Below are positions 1 to 11,115 of a stretch of 64,000 nucleotides of DNA, in pieces. The notes below the pieces were generated by a model. That model had not been told where the DNA came from. It did not search any database and saw only the letters and a program-made list of their open reading frames with translations. How positions within the stretch are numbered: position 1 is the first letter of the stretch; each line of letters starts with the position of its first letter. The stretch covers positions 7,028,101 through 7,092,100 of the forward strand of contig NC_092677.1 of NCBI RefSeq assembly GCF_964355755.1. Direction: 5' to 3'. Made by a program: the position numbers and the translations under genes. The stretch comes from Antedon mediterranea (taxonomy: Eukaryota; Animalia; Echinodermata).

Positions 1-1728
1 TGCCACGTAAACGAGAACAATATCAAAACACCGATCGCGTACGCATCGCGAGGCCTGCATAAACACGAAAAGGGTTATGCACAACTAGACAAGGAAGCCC
101 TAAGCATCATGTTTGGACTTCAAAGGTTTAGAACATACTTATACGGACGGAAATTCACGATAAGAACTGATCATAAGCCACTTGAACGCATTCTAGGACC
201 TAAATCAGCTATTCCGACACTGGCCGCACAGAGATTACAGCGATGGGCAATCGTACTGTCAGCGTTCGAATACGATTTAGAGTTCATTCCTGGAAAACAG
301 AACGTAATTGCCGACGCACTCTCACGTCTCCCAATGCCAGACGAAGGACGGGAAGACGATGCAGTATACAACATAGCGGGGCATACATTAGACAATTTGC
401 CAGTCACGAGTACGAACGTACAACAGCATACCAGGAAAGACCCGCTATTGAGCAAAGGGTTATACATGGTACGGACAGGTTTATGGCAGTCAGAAAACGA
501 CGACGATCTAAAACCATTCCTACACCGAAGAGACGAATTGAGTGTAGAACAGGACTGTTTGCTGTGGGGATACAGGGTAGTGATTCCACCGAAACTCAGA
601 GGGGCAGTTCTGGAGGAGCTTCATTGTGCTCACCCCGGAATCGTGCGTATGAAAGAGATTGCACGAAGTCATGTCTGGTGGCCCCAGATAGATTCCGACA
701 TTGAACGATTGGTGAAGCAATGTCAAGCATGTCACCAAACGCAAAGTCGACCAAGCGTAGCACCAATGATGCCCTGGATCTGGCCAAATCAGCCTTGGAC
801 ACGAATACATATTGACTATGCGCAGAAAGATAAACGAGATTATCTAGTAGTGGTTGACTCATATTCGAAATGGCCAGAAGTCGTTCAGATGAACAGTACG
901 ACGAGTGCAGCGACCATCAAAGCGATGAGAGAGTTGTTCAGTAGATACGGATTGCCTGTTCAACTTGTAAGCGATAATGGACCTCAATTTGTTAGCGACG
1001 AATTTGAATTCTTCTTAAAGCAAAACGGGGTGAAACATGTAAAGGTTGCACCTTATCACGCCGCAAGCAACGGAGCAGCAGAACGAATGGTTCAATCTTT
1101 CAAAAGATCGTTAGCGGCAAGCCGAGCAAATGGGAAGGATTTCCAACAATGTTTGGACAGATTTCTTTTATCGTATCGCACAACAAAACACGCAACTATG
1201 GGACAAACGCCAGCGAAGTTATTCATGTGCCGTGAGTTGAGAACGCGAGTATCACTTTTACATCCCAGTACAGAAAACAAGGTACTGAACGAGCAGAGTG
1301 ATCAGAAGCTTCATCACGACAAAACGAAAGATCTTTGAGAATTTTACCCAGGTGAAATGGTATTAGTGAAAGATTTCCGACAAGAGGGAAAGTGGTGGCC
1401 AGGTACCGTGATAGAACGTACCGCTCCAAAATCATACGTAATTAGTGTTGAGGATGGCCGAGTGTGGAAAAGACACATTGACCAGTTGAAAGCGACAGAC
1501 GCGGACGCTTACGCGAGTAAAACTCCTACTTCACATAGCGAGTTGGAACACAAGATTAAACAGACAGTACCAATAACGATTGCGAGCGAAACGATTGCGA
1601 ACAAAGAGCAAACATCCACCAACCAACCGGTTGAAGAGGAACATAGATTGTCTTCATCGCCTGAGGTTATTCCACGACGCTCCACGCGACTTCGAAGGAA
1701 GCCAACGCGACTTATCGAAGAGATATAG
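1..1728 (+). pseudogene. Gypsy pol (RNase H-integrase) with one in-frame TGA at 1336-1338
   Basis: ORFs 109..1338 and 1357..1728 are in the same frame. The junction reads KDL*EFYPGEMVLVK, consistent with one nonsense substitution before the C-terminal integrase segment (KWWPGTV..KRHIDQL). Confidence 0.85.
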
Positions 1729-1970
1729 AACTTGTGAACAATGTTATTATTATGAACGTTAAAGTTATGTTGTTCATGTTTTTACACAAAGTTATAATGG
1801 TGAGAATTACTCACATTTGTTAATTATATGAGGAACCAAATAAGAACTATCTGGAACTATAGAAGCAGTAATTTAATCACGATGATTAACCTATTTGATT
1901 AACAAGATAATTAACGAAAGTTTATTGTGCTTATTGATATAATGTTAACGTTAAAATAAGAAAGGAGGAG

Positions 1971-2182
1971 TGTAGTATATGCGCACATTGGGTATCCTGC
2001 TTGATGCGCGTACTGCGCATATGCTCTGGCGATAGGTTAGCCTACAAACGTTCTATACTACTTGTTCATGAATAGTACTAGTTGGTTTCATTAAACACAT
2101 TCATTGTTATTATACTCATCTCAGCGTATGTTATTAATTTGTCTCGAACAAACGGGTACGACGATACACGACACTGTCTACA
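1971..2182 (+). repeat. 3' LTR (~212 bp)
   Basis: Starts TGTAG right after the PPT and ends CTACA (inverted termini); ATTAAA at 2090-2095. Confidence 0.8.
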
Positions 2183-2274
2183 TAGGTTTTATCATTGTCT
2201 CTCCACTCTTTCTCTAAATGTTTAAAGTTAGTCGTCAAACAATTGTAGTATGTGTTTATATGTTTCTTCTGTAG

Positions 2275-5200
2275 AGTAATGAAGTCGGCAAGGAGATCTT
2301 TGATCTGCTCAACATGCCAACAGCTAAGGAGCAATCGCTAGCAGAAAAGTTTAAATCTGCAAGTGGTATGTATCTATCAATTATCAATCTGATCTTCTAT
2401 TTTTATCCTCAGTTCACAACAACAGACCTCCAAAGTCTCCCAATAACTGCTAATAACTAATGATAATTATACATTTTAGGCACAGTCCAGGAGTTCTGTC
2501 CTCATGGTACACGACAGGACTGTGAAAGAGTTGGTAACAACACTGTTCGTTGTAGCAAGGTACGATTTTAAGAAAAATATTTTATTTAGTACAGTACCAT
2601 ATAAGTAAAAAACAAGATCTTAGTGGTGAAATAGGCCCCATCCAGGCTTAGTTATTTACCAAAGTTAGCTATGACACCAACTAATTAAGGGCGTGTGGCG
2701 CAGTGTGTTGGACGTTGGACTATCGATCGTCAGACCTAGGTTCGAATCCAACTCTCGCCGCATTGCTTGTATCCGTAGGCAAGATACTTTACTTACGTTG
2801 CCTCTCTCCACCCAGGTGTATAAATGGGTACCCAGTTAGATCTAGACACAACTTTGCGCTGGTTACCGGCTGCATTATGGGAGTATGTTTCCATACGTGT
2901 TTGATCCCAAAAAAAATACTGGGGTAATAATGCTTGTAAAGCGCCTTTGAGCATGATTACTCATGAAAAGGGCGCTATATAAATGTGGTATTATTATTAT
3001 TATTAAGCCTTAACTGGCCCATAGAAAGATAATAAATAAATATTTTACCTTGATTGAAAATGTTCATCTGGTTTGTAGATATAAGTTATTTTGGAAATAT
3101 TCTTTTTTTCAAACCAACAATTAGTAAACTAACCTTCTTGACAGTTTCGCTGTCCTGATTGGACTGCTTCTTCAGAAATAAATAATAATAATAAATAAAT
3201 AATAATAAGAAATAATAATTTATTTCTGAATAAGCAGCGAAACTGTCAAAAAGGTTAGTTTACTAATTGTTGGTTTGAAAAAAAGAATATTTCCAAAATA
3301 AATATTTTACCGTTTCTTAAATATTTTACAGCTTCATTTCCGACGGTTGATAAACAAGCATACTGATGGTAGGTGCACAGGATTCATTTGATCAATAAAA
3401 CTTGTAAAACAAATGGAAAAGAAATAAATTATAAAGAAATTGTTCATATTCTTATTCAACATATCTTACTAATCACATAATGTTATAATAATTTACTTAT
3501 TCAAGTTGCTCACAGGTGTACCGTGCGTTTATTATCCCATGCACAAATTGTTCAATCATATTTTGTTTCCAGAAATGTTTGTGTACACCACAGGATTGAT
3601 ATTTAACAGATAGTATTTCTATTTTTAGAATCACTTGGTGATTGCTCCTTTCTAAACACATGTTTCCATATGGACACTTGCAAGGTACATGTCACCTTTT
3701 GTACTTCTTCTATGAGCTCTTTATTGATTAGCTTCAGGATTTAGTAGAACAAAGTTTGAATTGTTAATTTTAATATAATACATAATACAATCCTTCTGGT
3801 TATAGTATGTACATTATGAGATTGAATACCCACCCACATTGGACAAGACAGCTTCCGCCCCTAATAAGGGCCTTCGTGGAGATAACACAATGACTCTTAT
3901 ACAACCTCAGGTAGAATTTCATTTATCTATTTGATTGCATTTTATTCAGTAATTGTTATTTAAAACAAATAGCATTTAAAAATAGCAGTTCATTCGAGTA
4001 GTAATGTATACTGTATCTAAAGTTGTAATGAAAAATAGTGATTACAGGTATTGTTGTAGAATACAGTTTTTTAAAAACCTATTGTAGTGGCTGGTAATCA
4101 TGCTGGTAAGCATGACTACTGTACATTCTCATCATCCTTGGTTGCATTTGTAGTGGGTCCAGTGCGACTTGCGATCCCTTGATATAGATGTACTTGGTAA
4201 GTTTGCTGTCATTATGGCGGATCCTCCGTGGGATATCCACATGGAACTTCCATATGGAACCATGCAAGATGATGAGATGCGGAAGCTTAATGTACCTGGT
4301 CTTCAAGATGATGGATTCATATTCCTTTGGGTCACAGGAAGGTATGTATAAGTAGGTTCTTAACATTGGCTTTTATATTAAAATTGCATGCCTGCTAGGA
4401 AGCTATTAAATAACCACGTACTAAAGACACATGATTGGTGATGATGTTTGTGTAAATCTTTGCCTGCAATCTATCATGAAAATGTATACAAAATAGTATT
4501 GAAATGTTATTTTAGAGCCATGGAACTTGGACGTGAATGCTTACAATTATGGGGATATAAACAAGTTGATGAAATCATCTGGGTAAAGACCAACCAACTT
4601 CAGAGGTTAATCCGAACAGGAAGGACAGGTCATTGGTTGAATCATGGGAAAGAACATTGTTTGGTAAATCAAGCTGTGTTTTCACTTAGTCTGATATGAA
4701 ATGTCAACACAGATTGTTATTGTGAATTCAGTTCTTTTCGTTTGATTTCCTATTGACTTGACTTGTGAATATGCCTTTGTTTATTCAGAAATCATAAGTT
4801 CTGACAATCATAAAGACAATTTGTTTACTCTATAGAAAATCTGTTATGTTTTATATTTATGGAAACTATTTTATCTGTTATATTTCTTCAAATAGGTTGG
4901 GGTCAAAGGTGACCCTGCAGGGTATAATAGAGGCCTTGATTGTGATGTCATTGTAGCCGAAGTGAGAGAGACAAGTCACAAGCCGGATGAAATATATGGA
5001 TTGATTGAACGACTTTCACCAGGAACACGCAAGATTGAGCTGTTTGGAAGGATGCATAATGTACAGCCAAATTGGTATGTTGTTTCACTATACAGTTAGA
5101 AACTCTGTTAACACTTTGACTGCCAAACACGAAGATCTTCGTTTTTGGAAACACAACGCTTGACTGCCAAAAACGAAGATCTTCGTTTTTCGCGTTTTTT

Positions 5201-6466
5201 TTACGAAATCCGGTAGATAGGTTAATTATTGGTATATACTATAAATATGAACACTATATTCGGTCTGGACCGTCAATATTTTACAATTTGAAAGTAACTA
5301 ATCTGTTTACGAACGACTGTCAAAATGGTACCTGTCGAAATAACAAACACCGCGCATCACAGTAGCGCGTAGAGCGATGGCTTGGCGCATTGTGTATCGG
5401 TCGCGCGCTAGCTATGCCGCCGAAGCATTACAAAGGTTTTTGTGGATTGACATGTTTGTTTGTTATCTGAATAAAAAATAATGGAGTCATTTTCAATATG
5501 AAGTCTTTAATTTTATTATTGTATGTATACCCTAATTGTTTTGGTGTTTTACTGAAAGTGACCGAGTTTCACGCAACAAACTTGTTTTGAAATGGTATGG
5601 TTATTATCATCAGTTTACTATCTCCTAGGCCTAGGCTAGTAGTACTAGCCTAGGCTAGCCTAGCCCTAGTCGTAAAACGGTTCCGGACCAACTTTAGGCC
5701 TGGTTAACTAGGCCTGGTATCTTTACTATGTGGATTTTGGCGAAACATTGATGTAAGATTTATGATTTATAAAATGTAATACATTTTTCGATAGTGATAA
5801 CTTGTTTTTATAGGCCTATCTGTGCCGTGTAAGTAACTTTTTCGTTGTTTGTTGATCTCACCGGGCGATATTTTCATATTGTGATGTCTTGCACAAAATC
5901 GCGAATATCTCAACTTTCTTGCGCGAAACTACCAAAAATTCAAAAAGTGGGTTACTTTCATTTTACTATTACGATTTACATATTGCGATTTAAAAATCGT
6001 TCTTGGTACCATTGTAAAGCTAAAATCTTTATGATTATTTTAGTCTAAATTACATATAAATCAGATCACATACATGGTTGCAATCAGCTTTAATAAAAAC
6101 ATCGAATTGGGCTAAAAACGCTGGCGGTGGCAGTTTCTAACTGGAAAAACCTCTGGCAGTCAAAGTGTTAAGGGGACACGTTTGAGACCTAACAAATTGT
6201 CCTCTTAATATAGTCTGTCCGCTGAATAGGTGTTGACTGTTTTAAAATTTCCCCTCATTCGAGTTGTCTCAAAGGACGGGTTTTACTGTCTCAATGGAAT
6301 TTTAACATCTAGTAATACTGTTTATTCCAACAGGACTACGCTTGGAAATCAATTGGATGGAGTGAACCTTGTTGAGCCGGACATTATAGAACGCTTTAAC
6401 ACAGCTTACCCAGATGGCAACTGTATGAAGCCAAGGGAGAAAAAACCAGCAGAAGTGAAGCGGTAA
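2275..6466 (+). CDS. METTL3: N6-adenosine methyltransferase catalytic subunit METTL3 (3' nine exons; 5' exons upstream of window)
   Basis: GT-AG exons 2275-2365, 2480-2559, 3332-3368, 3629-3684, 3806-3910, 4154-4341, 4516-4663, 4896-5074 and 6334-6466 splice in frame. They give the CCCH fingers ([45 protein letters not shown]), the DPPW catalytic motif, [37 protein letters not shown] and ELFGR..GNQLDG. Confidence 0.97.
2689..3004 (+). mobile_element. tRNA-derived SINE with L2/CR1-type 3' tail
   Basis: Box A TGGCGCAGTG, box B GGTTCGAATCC, central CCACCCAGGTGTATAAATGGGTACC core, AAGCGCC..GGGCGCTATATAAAT stem-loop and (ATT)n tail. Confidence 0.85.
3086..3301. mobile_element. Inverted repeat, probable Penelope-like pLTR remnant with a minimal hammerhead core on the minus strand (3134-3180)
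   Basis: Arms 3086-3183 and 3218-3301 are near-perfect reverse complements. The minus strand reads CTGAAGA-AGCAGTCC-AATCA-GGACAGC-GAAAC-T-GTC. Confidence 0.6.
5093..6288. mobile_element. Short Tc1/pogo-like MITE remnant interrupted by the piggyBac-like element
   Basis: TA-CAGT start at 5091-5096. Flanks rejoin as TTAAGGGGACA..TGTCCTCTTAA..GTTGACTG; the right end is uncertain (6239 or ~6288). Confidence 0.4.
5112..6167. mobile_element. Non-autonomous piggyBac-like element in last METTL3 intron
   Basis: TTAA at 5108-5111 and 6168-6171 flank 14-bp TIRs CACTTTGACTGCCA / TGGCAGTCAAAGTG. A subterminal direct repeat carries the palindrome AAAACGAAGATCTTCGTTTT; no transposase ORF. Confidence 0.88.
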
Positions 6467-7301
6467 ACAAAGGCTTGTTGTTGAAGAGTTGATGAGAAAA
6501 TGTTACTGAGCCTGGCTACCTAGCTTGATTGACTGTTTGGCGCCTTGCTAACAAAGTGGGGTGAGAAGAGAAGGCAAGTGAGATCATCTATTGTAGTGGA
6601 TTGGTGGTAGGAAGAGAGCTCCTATCTTCCTAGGGCCCTGTAGCCCTACACATATCAAACTATCTAAAGGAAACATCCTAAGTTAAAAATTCCTATCTAA
6701 CTGAATATCCCTTAAGTGAAATCCATATATTTATTGACTTAAGTGAAATATCTCGGTTAAGTGTATTTCAATTATTGTATAATAATTGTGCAAATCCTGT
6801 GATGCGTTGGATCATGCCAGTATGGCTTAATTTAATAATTCAAATTTTGCTGAATTTTGTTTTTGATAATGAACTAATTTGCTAAAACATCCAATGTTAA
6901 TAAACTTTTTTAAAGTTAAATTAATGTATTTCTTGAGTTCTTTTAGATTTATTCATTTTCTGTTTCAACGTCATCATCTATTTTTCTAGTGGATATTGAA
7001 ATATAATAGTGTATGCATGTACAGTAAATATTATTGATAGTGTCATCATCACCATGGTCATATTCATATATGGTAAAATTCGTAGTCCCAGATGTGAATG
7101 ATCATTGAACACAAAGGCAAATAATAAACGCAAAGGCAATATTTTTGAAAATTTTTTAAATCTTATATTTAAGCATTTGATATAATATGAGACATAATAA
7201 TATATATCATTCTGGTTATAAAATATAATATATAGTTATAAAATCCAATGGTTTTGCAGTAATATTGATAAGTAGTTGATTCTGTATAATATTGCACTTG
7301 A

Positions 7302-10300
7302 TTAGTGTTTGCAGCATAACAATGCAGAGAGGAATCTGTGGCGTGAAGTATTGTGAACAAGATCATCATTTGCCGCAAGATCAGTGACGTCATTGGCACT
7401 GGCGTCATTGGCACTGGCATCATTGGTACAGGCATCATTAGCACTGGGGTCTGTGCTGTCGATTTCTTCACCGGTAGTATCCTGGATTTCCTCTGTCAGT
7501 GTTGTTCTGTGGCGACCGATATTACGGATGCCTCTTCTAAGTCTGCGGAAAAGCCGTCTGAAAATACCTGCTCGTGGTACATCTGTAGAATTCTGGTTAG
7601 CAGGGACATCACCAGCTAAATTGTCTGTAAGGAATAAATGCAATGTTTGTTTTTAATAATATAGTACTATTTGTATTAGTAATTAAAAAAACATAATACA
7701 ATGCATGTTTAATTTTATGTAATAAAATAAATCACCTTCGCTTTGCTTGCATGTTGGAACAGCGTTTGCAGAGACATACTGTCTGACTGCATTGATGTCA
7801 ACCTCAACATCAGGGATGGTGTCGTCAATTTCAACATCAAGGATAGTGTTGTCAATCTTGCCATCGGAGAGGGTGTCATCAATCTTTATATCAGAGACAG
7901 TGTTGTCAATCTTGGCATTTGAGACGGTGTGGTTAATTATGGCATCGGAGAGGGGGTCATCAATCTTGGACAAAGTGTCGTCAATATCAATTTCAGAGAT
8001 GGTGTTGTCAATCAAGGTGTTGGTTACATCGACAGTCTTCATGCTGGTTGAGATAATGCTGGAGATGTACTCATTCACAGCATTTTTGTCAATGCCATTG
8101 GTGATATCATTGGAAGTGGTGATGTTTTCTGAGATTACAAAATCCTTTGGGACGACTTCGCTAACTTTATCCCTATTGATGATGGCAAGGCTATTAGGGA
8201 CGACATCTCCAATGTAATCCTTCACTTTTGTAGTGACTGCGACGGCATCTTGGGTACTATCGTCAAGGAGCATGTTATTGTCAAAGACTTCAATAATGGC
8301 TGCAGCTGCTGCCTTGGTGCTAACATCCAGGTCACTGACCTTTCTTATGCTTTCTACATCTTGCACATGATTCTTAATATCTTCAGAACCACTGATGCAT
8401 TGAGGTTCATCAATAATGTCATTCAAGTCTGTAAAATGCAAACATTGTGTCACATTTTGTACATTATTACATTCATGTAGGGTTTAAAAAAAACTTGTGA
8501 AAATAATAGAAATTGATTGATTGATTGTAATAAGTACCTGAAAGTGCATCATAGAATATCTCATCCTCATCGTCGCTCCAATAATCCAATCCATTGTTGT
8601 CCTGCATAAAGTTCTGGGTCATATTTTTCACAGATGCACCGCTTGTTTCGGTGTTGCCAAGGAGTTTCGCCCAGCCGATTATTTTGGGTGGCTTTTTCAA
8701 CTTGTCTTCTTTTACAATATTGCCATCACCTTGGATTGAATGCGCCATCTTTTTTTCATTTTTCTTCGCTGGTTTTGGTGCAACTGGTGGCTTAATTTGG
8801 TGAAACTTGTCCTCTTTTACAATATTGTCATCACCTTGGTTTGAATGCGCCATCTTTTTTACACTAGATTGATTGTAATAAGTACCTGAAAGTGCATCAT
8901 AAAATATCTCATCCTCATCATCGCTCTCATCACCAGCAAGTGATGGTTTTGACTTATTCAGCATATATTCAACCTTTTTCTCAACAAAACTATCTATCAT
9001 ATTTCGAGTTGATTTTCGTGGAACTGGGATGCCTTGAACATGAGAAGCCTGTAAAATTAAACGATGAATATGGGTATAATTAAAGCAACTTGCAGTACTA
9101 AAAAATGTCCATGTTCTTCTTGGGAAAGAATCGTTAGTTGTTTACCACACAACAATTGAATTACATTACACTATGTAAAATTACTTGTAAAATGTATATA
9201 AAATTCACAAAACAGTCAAATGAGGCATTAAAAAATCAACTTTAGGATATGGCTACCACCAGTTGAGAAAAATCATGCTGATTGTGAGAGATGTAGTAAA
9301 TCCTGTGAATAACAAACAAAAAAAGAAATAGCACTATTGTATGTCCGTACAGTTACCTGTCTATTGTTGTCCTGCATAAAGTTCTGTGTCATATTTTTCA
9401 CAGATGCACCTCTTGTTTTGGTGTTGCCAAGGAGTTTTGCCCAGCCGATTATTTTGGGTGGCTTTTTCAACTTGTCCTCGTTTACAACATCACCTTGAAT
9501 TGAATGTGCCATCTTTTTTACACTTTTCTTTGCTGGTTTTGGTGCAGCTGGTGGCTTAATCTGATGAGACTTGTCCTCTTTTACAATATTGCCATCACCT
9601 TGGATTGAATGCGCCATCTTTTTTACACTTTTCTTTGATGGTTTTGGTGCAACTGGTGGCTTAATCTGATGAGACTTGTCATCTTTTACAATATTGCCAT
9701 CACCTTGGATTGAATGCGCCATCTTTTTTACACTTTTCTTTGATGGTTTTGGTGCAACTGGTGGCTTAATCTGATGAGACTTGTCCTCTTTTACAATATT
9801 GTCATCACCTTGGGTTGAATGTGCCATCTTGTTTACACTTTTCTTTGCTGGTTTTGGTGCAACTGGTGGCTTAATCTGATGAGACTTGTCCTCGTTTACA
9901 ATATTGACATCATCTTGGATTGAATGCGCCATCTTTTTTACACTCTTCTTTGCTGGTTTTGGTGCAACTGGTGGCTTAATCTGATGAGACTTGTCCTCTT
10001 TTACAATATTGTCATCGTCTTGGATTGAATGCGCCATCTTTTTTACACTTTTCTTTGCTGGTTTTGGTGCAACTGGTGGCTTAATCTGATGAAACTTGTC
10101 CTCTTTTACAATTTCATCACCTTGGCTTGAATGCGCCATCTTTTTTACACTCTTCTTTGCTGGTTTTGGTGCAACTGGTGGCTTAATCCTGTGCCGAGGA
10201 CGTTCAACCTTTGGGTTAACTGCCAAATCATTGATGCTGTTCTTTGTAGCATCGTCTCCTTGTGCCTTTGTCTTCCCACTGAAACACGATATTGGTTTTA

Positions 10301-10575
10301 GTCCTTGGATGACAGGCCCGAACGTTTCGTTGACAATTATGCCTGAAAATATTACAAAAGAAGTACACTGTAAAGCTACCTAGAAAATGTATCTTCTGGC
10401 CACACACAATTAATATAGGTATATCCTAATGTAGTAATGGGTGAATATTTCCACAGTGAAGAAATTGATCGTGTCCACAAAAAAAATGTCATTCATTTCA
10501 ACTATTATTTCTATTTATATAAAAAGTTTCTAAATGATTTATCCACTCACCACGGTTCGTTGGAACCCTTTCCAT
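7302..10575 (-). CDS. Uncharacterised ~845-aa low-complexity repeat protein (PPVAPKP repeats, two FFAT-like motifs, basic amphipathic segment, C-terminal CCKH)
   Basis: Five exons 10575-10551, 10342-9357, 9048-8538, 8428-7736 and 7624-7302 have GT-AG sites and compatible phases (1,0,1,1). Total 2538 nt with no internal stop; start context AAACAATG. Confidence 0.75.
9490..10190 (-). repeat. Coding minisatellite, 105-bp (35-aa) unit, ~6.5 copies; further partial copies at 8590-8860
   Basis: Unit KKMAHSIQxDxNIVKEDKSHQIKPPVAPKPAKKSV; GCGCCATC recurs at 9926 and 10031. Confidence 0.95.
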
Positions 10576-11115
10576 TGTTTGTACGCAATAGCTTAATTAA
10601 ATTGATAATAATTACTAAGATAATTCAGAATTTATCGCTCAGTATTTCATACACAGTTGATATATCAAGCTGTAGATGATTTGTGTTGTTACGTTGCTAT
10701 AGCTATAATTGTGCTGGATACCTAGCGCGCAATTATGCTACCATGCGACGCGATGAACGCGTTACGCGGTAATTAAGTAGGCCTTCTATTTACATGTAAC
10801 CTTGCCACACTCTGTTGTGTGATGATACGGCGAAGATCTCATGAAAGATAATAGGCCCTAGGCCTATGTCATATTGGGTGGATTTGAAGGTAAGTAATGG
10901 TCTACTTTTAAAGCTTCGTTAATCGTTATCTATTATCATAGATATTGTATCTATTGGCCTAAAGACCCGCTTAAAGATAGCAATCATACCGATTGCTCCG
11001 TTTTTTTAAAAGTTCCCGCCCTCTTTCGAGCGATCTTGCCAGCACGTGCATCCTCTCTCTGCACAAGCCTGCAGTGTTTTGTTTTGATCGCCTCGATTTA
11101 TAAAACAATTAAACA
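10576..11115. promoter_or_regulatory. Probable bidirectional promoter region between the orphan gene (-) and ADAT1 (+)
   Basis: Divergent ATGs only ~540 bp apart; locally CpG-richer; GC-box-like CCCGCCC near 11014. Confidence 0.5.

Larger units (their letters stand above)
1..2182 (+). mobile_element. Ty3/Gypsy LTR retrotransposon, 3' part (RNase H, integrase, PPT, 3' LTR); continues upstream of the window
   Basis: Frame open from base 1 gives RNase H-like PIAYASR..YAQLDKEALSIMFG..TDHKPL..ADALSR, zinc finger H-HPG..C..C, and integrase core (IHIDY, SDNGPQF, NGAAER). Polypurine tract AAGAAAGGAGGAG at 1958-1970 directly precedes TGTAG...CTACA. Confidence 0.95.

Noticed and set aside
1336-1338. 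Programmed stop readthrough in pol
   Set aside because: The stop lies within the integrase C-terminal region rather than at a gag-pol junction; a single nonsense substitution (e.g. CGA to TGA) is simpler.
4438-4500. Box C-like GTGATGA in a METTL3 intron (also ATGATGA near 40252)
   Set aside because: No suitably placed box D (CTGA) or terminal stem, so a snoRNA is not supported.
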